Below are positions 37,696-49,140 of a DNA stretch of 64,000 nt, one piece after another. Position 1 is the first letter of the stretch, and each line of letters starts with the position of its first letter. Position numbers and translations under genes: made by a program. The notes under the pieces were generated by a model that was not told where the DNA came from, did no database searches, and saw only the letters and a list, made by a program, of their open reading frames with translations. The stretch lies in contig NC_079172.1 of NCBI RefSeq assembly GCF_947568905.1, positions 40,486,001 through 40,550,000 on the forward strand, given 5' to 3'. The stretch is from Ostrea edulis (Eukaryota).

Positions 37696-38908
37696 TATAG
37701 TTAGAGGTGATATCCAGACTCATTTGAGATGTACACGCCACTTGTAGCACAGTGTCTTGTATATGATGTGTATGGTAGCAAAAGACGGTGCTACAAGACA
37801 GAATTAATTATTCACTTCTACCAAAAACAACATAACACACTCACAAGTCACAAACACAGTCATTAACAAAAGCACCTAGTATATACCTCCCATTTGTTTA
37901 AAGCAATAAAAATTGTAACTGACGGTTAAACAGTAATTTTTTAACTACCCAAGTATGCACCAATTAATACTATCCGTAGTATGATATGATCCTTAAGATC
38001 TGATGAAAAATGAAGCAAAATAAACAAGGAAATATTGCATGAGCGCATACATTGTTGATCATTTCGTATAAACCGCCATAGCCTCGGACGCAATCGTCCT
38101 ATAACGATGATTGCCGAACATAGTCGGGTTGCTGAGACCGAGGTTATACGAAGATGGAAATTGACGCGAGTAGATATACATATCGTTTGTCATGAATGAC
38201 TTTAAAGTTTTTTAAGTGTAAGATAGTAATACTAGTAATCATATAAATGTGCCACTCGAATGAAACTGAGATAATGAATTTTCTATAAATTTGGCGTATT
38301 GGAAAATGTTTACCAATCTGACACTCTTCCGCACTATTCTGAACTGGTGATCTCCGAGGTCAATGTACATCGAAGATTAAGAACAGGAAAATTACTGTCT
38401 GGAAGATAATGATTCAACGGGTTTATTGCTTTAGATCCACTTTGATTCAATGAGATTATATATATGTTGTATTTTTATTTTTTAATTTATGTACCGTTCA
38501 GCTTTACCTGCAAGTCAATTGAAAGCCAAAGACTGAATAAAATTGTATTTATGAATAAACTGATGCAGAGGATAGCAACAGACAGTTATTCACTTAGAGC
38601 TACCCTAAGCAGCATGTACAAGCACCTACACAGTGCAATTGACGAAAAGTATTCTTATATTATGCAGCGTAAACGCATGTAAATCAGCAAGTTCTAATCA
38701 GTATTTGCCTAATAAGCATGTATTATATGCATTCTGTAAGTGTGGATTATAGTAAAATGCGAAGGGCAGCATGAAACAGTAGCTATAGGACTATGGATTG
38801 TTGATTTTTATCCAATGCAGAATATACAACATAACACACACGGTACATAATTCATGTACAACAGCACTAATTTCATTACATAAATTATCAAACTGTACTT
38901 CTTATTAG

Positions 38909-39335
38909 GGTTCACAGCGGGTGTGACCGGTCGACAGGGGATGTTTACTCCTCCTAGGCACCTGATCCCACCTCAGATATATCCAGGGGTCCGTGTTTAT
39001 AAAGTTACTAAGGTCAGTCGACAGGGGATGTTTACTCCTCCTAGGCACCTGATCCCACCTCTGGTATATCCAGGGATCCGTGTTTATAAAGTTACTAAGG
39101 TCAGTCGACAGGGGATGTTTACTCCTCCTAGGCACCTGATACCACCTCTGGTGTGTCCAGGGGTCCGTGTTTGTACAGGGGATGTTTACTCCTCCTAGGC
39201 ACCTGATCCCACCTCTGGTATACCCAGGGGTTCGTGTTTATAATGTTTCTAAGGTCAGTCGACAGGGGATGTTTACTCCTCCTAGGCACCTGATCCCACC
39301 TCTGGTATATCCAGGGGTCAGTGTTTATAAAGTTA
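38909..39335 (+). repeat. 87-bp tandem array (~5 copies) derived from the Penelope-like 3' terminal repeat
   Basis: GTCGACAGGGGATGTTTACTCCTCCTAGGCACCTGATCCCACCTCTGG at 38930, 39017, 39104, ~39175 (truncated) and 39258. Confidence 0.85.
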
Positions 39336-42300
39336 CTAAGATCGCTCAAAACATCAACATCTCCACAGTTCATCAACCATAAAAAAAAAATCTAACATAC
39401 ACTTGTAGTAATTGATGTTTTTGAAAAGAAGACAAGTTGCTGATATGATGGATCAAACCACAATACGAGCAGTCTCTCTTCACGTGGAAATCACGTGATA
39501 TCTGCAAACTGCTCTTTTCAATCATCAGTTTATGGGAGGTAACTCTGAATTTTGTCAAGTTATTTCTATGTTTAATTTCTTTGAATTAATAAATATGGTT
39601 CCAAACTCAAAATATGCTTAATTGTACTACGCATCTCTGGAGTCCTAATTAACACTCCTGTCAAGGATGAATAAAAGCTGTCATGGGTGGAAAGTGGAGG
39701 ATATGTAAAATGATTGAAAACTTCCGAATTTTCCTTATTTAGATAAAAAATGCAGTTTAGTAGAAAGTAATCTAAAGAAAAAAATAACAAACCCCTGCTA
39801 GACTCCAAAGTATGGACTATAGATCAGCAGTTGACACGTTAACTTATAGCAATATGTACTATTTATAAATCCAAAGGTGTTAACTTCTCTTAGTGTCGTC
39901 CGAAACTGATTTTACATCGTTTCAAAACCGGTTCTATTGAACTGTATGACTAAACATACCTATACAGGTATTTGAATTAAAAACTTGAAATATCCGGAAT
40001 AATCCATTCATTATAGACAGGTTTTCCTGACACATCACCGACTGTCAAAAATAATGAAATATACTGTAGACTGATTTCGAGTAATTTAGGAAAATCGGCA
40101 GAAAACAAACAAGAGTGTATCAATTTGCTTTTCATTGGATTTTTAGGAAAGGTGCTCGCACGTTCTAACCAATAACGAGCATCTATATCGTGACTTTATA
40201 CATGTATAGGTGATTGGAATTATAGAAATTTGGCAGGAGCATTGATTGTGTATTACGGATTTATACATGTAATATTGAGAGTCCCGCGGAGGGACTTCGC
40301 CCTGTTACGAAAAGATCACATGGTTTAAGCCAAATTTGGGCCCGAATTCTGTGATATCATAAATATATATTTATGGTATCACAGGGTTCGGGCCCAAAAC
40401 AGGTTTAGCCCCTGTGGAAAAGATTATTTCATCCTTCTTCAGTAGACACATTCTACAGTTGTAGCTATATTTTAACGACCGCTATTCAAATTTTCGAAAA
40501 AAAATCAACAAAATAAAGTCATATACCTGAACTTCTTAGCCAAGGGCGGACCTAGCGAGGGAGACCTGATCCCCCCCCCACCCACCCACCCCCACCTCCG
40601 GAGATTGGTCAAAAGTACTGGGTTGTTTGTCTTACTTCTTTACAGATTCAATTGATTATTACACCCTTAGAATCCGCCCGAAGTGAAATATATAGAATTC
40701 GCGCACGTCATAAATATGTACAACATATTCATTTGCTACTGTTTACAGGTACGTTATCAATACAATAGGATATTATAATGTACAAATTCAAATACCTCGA
40801 ATGAATTAAAACTGAAATTCACGAATGAATACAAACCTTGGAGGGGTAATCTCGTGGACAAAATAGTCGACTTCCTCTTTCGTAAAACTGCATTAGAGTG
40901 AGGAGACAATCTATTGTCAACGGAAGTACTCTACGCGATGTTTTTACGTTAGCACGAGTGGTTTGAATAGAAAGCAGCTTAAGTATCGTGTGTATTACAC
41001 ACTTGAAATCTACAATTCAAGAATTAAAAATAACAACTTCAAGTCGTAGAATTTTAATATAGGCACATATACAAGATAACATTCTAATAAGAGTTTTCTT
41101 TATTACTTACAGAATTGTCTCTCGAAGTTTAGATTCTTATACAATGAAACGATTGCTGGTATAACTTCACAACTCTATCATAAATATGAAGTACATAATT
41201 AATGATATTCAAATTGAACGTAGATCACGATAAACCACTTGCTCCTATCCATACAATGCAGATATGTCATTTTTTAAATAAAAGTGTATATAGATGAAAA
41301 TACACAGAATTTCATTGATAACAATGGATATGCAACAAAGAATACGAAAAGGTAATAAAATACGTGTGTAGGATATGAAAACCGACACTTAGATCACACG
41401 CATGCGCTGAAATGAATTCGTTTTAGGAAGCCCTTCATATGAATTCTCCTGAAGTCTGTAAAGTTTACTGGCGGTAACCCATATTGATATGCACTTGTTC
41501 CGGATATCTGAAAATAGTAAACAAAAATCATAGATTTATTACATTCGTTTGATTTTTTCTGGTTTTTTTTTTAAAAAATAGATATCATCAACTTATAATT
41601 TTTGCATTAATTATTGACTTTTAATGGATCTAAATGGATAGGTAGAATTGTTAATTTGATTTTTTTTTTTTTTTTTTTTTTTAGAATTCTGTCCTTTGAT
41701 CACATGGCGAAAACTAAATGAATCATTTAAGGACACTTGATGCAAACAAAGAAGATAAAAAGGATTCGTCAGTTGATGTATAGTCTGGGTGTTTTAAATA
41801 CAAAAATAAAATTCCTTAAAAATTGAAAGACTTGTAAATCTTCTACAACTTGTGATGTTCAAAAAGTTGAAATATATTTCCCTTCCCTATATAACGTTAA
41901 TTACAAACTTTCCCAGTTTTTGACTTAAATGAGAAATCAAGGGAATAAATTACATTCAATAGGGTAAATTATTCTGTTTACTATTTTTGAAAAAAAGAGT
42001 TCGTTTGCACAAAGTGTCTTTAGCACTTTTCCTTTGGCGATTGAAAAAACTCCATAAATTTTTATATCAAAAGAAGGAAAACTCAAGAGGATTGAACTTT
42101 AGAAATATTATTCTAAATGTGATAATAATACTATATACATTTGTATAAATACGCTTCAATTTAAGCGTACAAGCATACCTAAAATATGTGGAATATAAAG
42201 TGAAAAGGAATAAGTTGGTTATAGGAAGTGAATGGAAATAAGAATCATGTGTTTGGAACAATGATTACATACCTTATATATCGGAAATTAATTGGGAATA

Positions 42301-42418
42301 ATCTATATTCATTATAATTACAGGTAAATCATTATAGTTATAAAAAGTGAAGCGACTAGCTCTACAACCTTCAAGGAATGCAAGCTACCGTATACCACTT
42401 ACTGTTTCCACCACAGCA

Positions 42419-42481
<63 letters not shown>

Positions 42482-42947
42482 TCATAACCTGCCAGTGCAA
42501 TAAAAGTAATATGTGATAGCTGAGTAACAAGGATACTACACAGGATTCGAGCTTTAAAAAATTGAAGAAGAAAAAACAATTTAATAAACACGTTTTATCT
42601 TTACTTAACTTTTACACTTATAATCAATCATAAATCATCATATGGAACAATTCTTTATAACCGCTGCACTGTATGTATCAAGGTAAAGTGGCAAATCGAA
42701 AAATGCATTACAAACTCTACCCTTTAATTTGGTTAATTTTGTTAAAGAAAAAGATCACTTACTGTCATCATGGGGTCCCCTTTTTAGACAAAAATATACA
42801 ATCTTGGGTCGCCCCCTCCACCCCCACCCCTCCCTCCTTTGAATTTTTTTTTGATCCCCCTGAGATATGGCTGCATGTACAACAGTGCAGGAATTGTAAA
42901 ATTCTAGACCGGATGATTAGTATTTAATTAAGTGTAGCAAGCATGCA

Positions 42948-43437
42948 TTACGTAGAGGAGTAAGGGATATTGTTGTCAAAAACGCCGCTAAATTGCCTAG
43001 TATTGCTGTATATTTCATCCGGTTCATCCTGGTCATCATCGGGGACTGGGGGCGGGGCACGGCGCCTTGGTTTCTGCAAACGTTGTGTCACACCACGTGA
43101 CTTGCGTTTCTCGAACTTTGTTTGTTTAGATGTTGGTCTTGGATTAAATACCTGCGATCCAGGAAACATATTTCATTAACATTTTCTTTATGCTGCATAA
43201 ATTTACTTATAATGTACACTGTACAAAGATAACAGGTAACCATAAATATATACATTCAATGAATCTTTTCTCTTATATTTCGTTTGAAATTGCCATCGTT
43301 TTCATCATAGACAATGAATACACGTTTTGTTTTTTGCAAACTATGGAGCGTCATCAAGGTCGATCAAAGAGTGCATTGGCTGTTCCATTTAAAGTAACGA
43401 ATGGGTCAATGATATGATATTTTAGTACTTGAATCTA

Positions 43438-43497
<60 letters not shown>

Positions 43498-46400
43498 AAT
43501 AAAATGTCTTTCTTTGTTGTTTCATCGGGTGATGAAGGTAGCAATAATTGCCGAAAAAAATTGCATGAATTGTGAAATTTTCTGCAATGCTAGCTACCTT
43601 CATCACTTGATGAAACAATAAAGAAAGAATTCTATTGTTTAAATAAAAACAAATTAGAAAACTTTAGCGTATTTACCGGAGGTTCGTATATTTCATCATC
43701 GTCGTCCTCGTCATCATCCGCCGAAGCGGTTTGTGACGGTCGATGGCTTGCGTGGTGATTGTCGTCTGGTCTACCGTTCTCTGCGCCTTGCATTTCCATA
43801 CCATTCCTATTTTCAACTGTTTCGAAACCGACCCCTTTAAAACAAACACACAAAAGCAATATCAGAACCGTAAAGAAAATACTAATCCCTATAATGCCGT
43901 ACAAAAATCTGCACGACATGTAATGTAAACATATCGCAACACGTGCAGTTTTACACTAGCATTGTGACCGACATTCCTCGAACGTTTACCTTGAATAACT
44001 GAATCGTCATCCTGTAGTGGATCGACTCCAAAGAAATTCGTCACCACTTCCGGAAATCGGAGATCCAGAATCCAGATCACGGCACCCAAAACGACACACA
44101 ACAAGCCTGAAACAAAACGTGAAATGTCACGTGAGAAATGCAACTTTTCAACGCGAAATCATAATGTTTACACACAAATACAAATCCAAACCTGTAATCA
44201 AATTCAGATAAAACGACGGTCCGAAATGGAATTCCAGCTTGTGTTCGGCACTAAATGGAATGATGAGTTCGTTGACGTTTCTGATGCTGGCCCACAGTAT
44301 ATTAGCTATCACCATGACGCCACCAGTTAACATTAAGAAGTATGCGCCGTATTTTAGAAGAATGAAGAATAAAACTATCGTCAGAACCCAGAGGGGAAGA
44401 GCCAACCTGCGGTGGGTAACAAAGTTGTGCTTTAATATTGTGATATACAGTTCTAATCTTGTAATCAAAGTACGCATCTAGAAATTTTGTTTTCTTTTTT
44501 GGAACAATTTCACTTTAAAATTCAAAAAGGAGAAATATAAGAAATTTCTTACCACATCATGATGTGGGCGTACCACCCTGCCTGTCTGTAATGACGCCCC
44601 CATCTGATCCCCTCCCCATCAAACGTGAAGTATTCGGCTATCCAAATAATGGGTAGGGGAGTACCTCGAAACTGGGCGGCTCGAAACTCTTGGTTGAAAC
44701 GTCCAGCTACAATAGGAATTCAAACAAAAGTTTATAATCAAGTAAATGGAAAGCGAATCAAAAGCGGAAATGCCGAAAGGTGGGAGTAAATGTTTAAAGC
44801 GCAAGCCAATGATTAAAGCCCCTTTCACATATTCACGGATCAGGAGCCGGTTGATGATACCGGATGCAAAATTCTAGTCATCCGGGGTGATCCGGCGTCT
44901 TTGGGTTTCGTGACGTCGTAATGCCGGTGTCAACAGTCTTATCACGATGCAGACACGTAAAACGCCAGTTTCTCTACAGATAAGCACGGTAGCTACCCGT
45001 ACGTCCCCGGACAATATCCCGGTGCCGGGGGGATCACGGAGCGCACGGAAGATCACGGTTTCTTCCACAGTTTCACGGAGATACGCGGATGTCCACGGAT
45101 TATCACGGTCTTTCTCCTCTGTGTTTATCGTGTCTGTCCGTGTAATTTCCGGGAAAAATCCGTGCACAATCCATAAACATCCGTGTTCTTCTGCAAAAAA
45201 GTTTATTACACAAAGGACCCCGAACTTTACACGGTTACTTCGGTGGCTACACGGATCTCTCGGTTAATGCACGAACCTCTCGGTTTATACACGAACCTCT
45301 CGGTTTATACACGGACCTCTCGGTTTATACACGGAGGTACACAGAACCTACACGGATCAATATAGATGATTTTCATAATTTCGTGACGATCCGGGGGGGG
45401 GGGGGGGGGGGGGGAATTAAACATGTTCAATTTTTTCCCCGCATTGGCTTAACCAAGCCTGATGGTCCTGGATGAAGCCGGATGTATACAAGGTTTGTAC
45501 ACAATGATAACGGAGTGTCACGGACCATCACGGATTGACGATCCGGAATGATCCGGCGTCTCATCCGTGAATGTGTTGAATATAAGAACCTCACATGTGT
45601 AGTTTTATACACAGCTGGTTTTATACTTACCAAATATTCCAAAGCCTAACCGTCCCTGTTCCCATCGCCAGTCAAAATGTTCATTGTAGTTTATAGTCTC
45701 ATTGAAAGGACCCCGGTTACCATCCTCCGCTGAAGTCAAAATGTGAAATCATTAGGGAATCAAAACATCGTTATCTGCCCAGTGAAAATTACATGACATG
45801 TGTCTTATAATGTAAGTAATGGTGATCAATACTAAAGTGATCCTGACGAGATGTGCTAACATTTTTTTTAAATTTCAACGCGCTTCATGGAATATGCCGG
45901 TGTGAAGTGTTGCAGTTCATACCCTCATGTATTTTCAACAATGAACTTTTTATCTTATATTGACACTCTACTTCCATTTTTGTCGGACTGTTAAAATAGA
46001 CGTACTATATGTATCAAGTATTTATCATTGTTTACATCTGCAGTGCGTTCACGAGGAAATGCCTGTCAATATATTTTGTGAAGAAACTTCGGAAATGAAA
46101 ATATTCTATCACACACGTGTATTTTGAAGAACTAAATTAGTATAATATCCAGATTGTTTTTCTCTCCCAAACTGACAGCGTCAGTCCAGTACAGCGGTGT
46201 GTACAGACCACTTGCGATATTCACTTTCTCAGGGGCCCAGGCCCCAGGATGGTGTTATGTTCTTGTAACATTACCTTTTAACGTAACGTTGATTCCTCGG
46301 AGACCCATGTACACGCTGATATCAGCGGTTATCTCCCCTGCTGACCCTGCCTTATATTTCGTTTTAACATTCTTGGCTTCAGCAACTTCCCACTCATATC

Positions 46401-46534
46401 CAAAATTAGTCACTGGAATTTTAATAAATTCATTATAAATATAACAGTTTAATTAAATTACTATTGGTCACTTCTTTTCTCCTGAGTTCCAGGCATGCTA
46501 TCAACATTTAACTTACTATCAATTGTTTTCTAAA

Positions 46535-46596
<62 letters not shown>

Positions 46597-47072
46597 TAGA
46601 AAACATAAAAATATACTTACGCATGATGACGCCACCAATAAATAACGTCACTGTTACACGAATTAACACAAAAATTCTCTGAAAATTATTAACGAAATAA
46701 ATATATTAGAATTTGTTTTACATAATGATATCATCTAACGCTATCAGGGTCAAATCAAACATACCCTCTAACTAAATTGCATGCACTAAGTAGGAATCTG
46801 TCGTGGTAATTGTCTGATTCAATTCTTTTTTTAATAAAGTCTTTGGTAACTATACCTATAGACCCATATACAAATGCATACATTCGTGCATTTCCATTTG
46901 GACATTGAGTGATTATTTCTATTATCTTTTATACGATCATCGATCGACTTACTGGTTACTAACGCGGAACGATATGTGATCATTGTGACGACAAATGACA
47001 AATGGAATAAGGCGAGTACAGGCGATGGTTTGTCTTCGAAAAATCCCGTACATATTATTTTTGCAATAGATG

Positions 47073-47123
<51 letters not shown>

Positions 47124-47869
47124 CATTTAATGTTTGTCTTTACATTTTTTTTTTTTACTAAAATGTACGGAAAATTTATCAATCAAAAAATATGATTCGG
47201 ACGAGGAATTACTGTTTGCAAAATTTTTCGGTTCTCTTTCTGTCCGCGCATGGTCACTGAAGTGAACTCCCCACAAAAAGGGGGTTGGGGAGGGACACGA
47301 GTAGAAAAGAAATAATTTTTTGGGAATTAGAATTCAAACAACAATTCAGATAATGTATATACATGGAGATTTTCTACCTCGTTTTATTGCCATCATTTAA
47401 CCCTTATCATAAAGGAGGTTTTTAAACCGTGTGATTATAGACTTAACAAGTTCGAGCGAATTGTAAAATCCGTGCGACCATAACACGACAAAAAGCAGTG
47501 GCGGATTTAAAGGGGGTGTCCCTCTTTTTCACCACAAATCTACAAGATATTACTGGCATATATAGACGTTAACGTTGAAAACATTAAAACCCTGCACAGA
47601 AGGTACTTGACTAGGTATATGCCCCCCCCCCCCCTTCGGAAATCCTGGATCCGCCACTGAAAAGTTCTCTGCAAATAGACTGGTGAAGTGTAACTTACCT
47701 CTTTCCCACGAATACCGGGAAGGATGATGAAGAATGAGAAGGCTACTATCACAAAAGCATAGATGAGTCCAGATTCCAAAATATCTGCCATAAAAGGAGT
47801 CTTGTTAGACTCGTAGTAGGTCGGGGCGCCATTGGACCGGAAGGCATCGAACAGGCCCGGAGAAGACAT
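42948..47869 (-). CDS. DUOXA: Dual oxidase maturation factor (DUOXA/NIP family), paralog A, 437 aa
   Basis: Exons 47869-47699, 46678-46621, 46412-46275, 45729-45631, 44706-44553, 44406-44192, 44106-43990, 43834-43677, 43151-42948; GT-AG, total 1314 bp. Same intron positions and phases as paralog B. The exon 8 acceptor could alternatively be at 43816. Confidence 0.92.
44812..45590. mobile_element. Degenerate MITE rich in CACGG/CCGTG motifs (possibly PIF/Harbinger-type) in a DUOXA-A intron
   Basis: Left TTAAAGCCCCTTTCACATATTCACGGATCAGGAGCCGG versus right reverse complement TTCAACACATTCACGGATGAGACGCCGG. Contains a 22-G run at ~45393-45414. Confidence 0.45.
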
Positions 47870-48340
47870 TGGTCTTGAAATATTTAGCAGCTATTAATGA
47901 TATGTTTCCCTGATCAAAAGACAAAAAACAAGAAACGTATGTACATGTGTGTAGGAAAGGGTGAATTCCTGAGGGAAGATTTGAACAAACAGATTTTAAA
48001 CGTTTTCCGTTTTGCTATTTTAACAGTTATAAGATTAGTTTTTATTTATCATACATAACATCTAAAACCTTTTAAAAGGGGGAAATACATATATTACAAG
48101 AGTGTCCTCAACAAACAATGCTTGTGAAACACAACATGCACATTTTAAAGCGGCATTATAGCTGTCATTTTATCACCAAAAACTTAATTCAATGAAAATT
48201 AAATTGCCCCATCTGATATATTTCAGTAATTAACGTCAGTATTTAATGATCTCAAACAATTTGGTAATTAGATAAATATTGTCTTGCAAGACAACAATTT
48301 TTCCTTATACATTTCTTTCTACTAAAAGTGGTTACTAACT

Positions 48341-48469
48341 NNNNNNNNNNNNNNNNNNNNNNNNNNNNNNNNNNNNNNNNNNNNNNNNNNNNNNNNNNNN
48401 NNNNNNNNNNNNNNNNNNNNNNNNNNNNNNNNNNNNNNNNNNNNNNNNNNNNNNNNNNNNNNNNNNNNN
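48341..48469. other. Assembly gap (129 N)
   Basis: Run of N. Confidence 1.
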
Positions 48470-48724
48470 AGTCATTAATATCTATTCCTTTACTATTCAG
48501 AGATTTTGAGAAAAAAAAAGGTTGCCATCACTTTCAACGCTAATGCTCTTTAAACGCTCCCTAATCATGTAAAGAAGGAAGTTTTCTGTTTTTCAATTAC
48601 TAGAGATTGATTGTAGTGAGAATTGTTTGTTTGCAAACATTACAATATATGTTGACATTTTTCTGATATTTCACAACTATATTGTAGTAGAGTTATGCAG
48701 GGTAAAATTCCTACTAAAAAGTAA

Positions 48725-49140
48725 GGGATGGAAGGGGGATAGAGAGAAAACAGAGGAAAAGAAGATAGAGAGAAGAAAGGTAAAATATATGAGGGGAAAG
48801 GAAGATAGAGAGAAGAGAGAAGATACAAGAGGGGAAAGGAAGATAGAGAGAAGAGAGGGGAAAGATATGAGGGGAAAGGATGATAGAGAGAAGAGAGGGA
48901 AAAGGAAGATAGAGAGAAGAGAGGGGAAAGATATGATGGGAAAGGAAGATAGAGAGAAGAGAAAAGATACAAGAGGGGAAAGGAAGATAGAGAGAAGAGA
49001 GGGAAAAGGGAGATAGAGAGAAGAGAGGAAAAAGATATGAGGGGAGAGGAAGATACAAGAGGGGAAAGGAAGATAGAGAGAAGAGAGGGGAAAAGATATA
49101 ATAGGAACAGGAGGGGAAAGTAAGATAGAGAGACTGGAAA
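48725..49140. repeat. Purine-rich low-complexity degenerate tandem repeat
   Basis: Recurrent GGAAGATAGAGAGAAGAGAGGG units; produces spurious ORFs on both strands. Confidence 0.85.
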
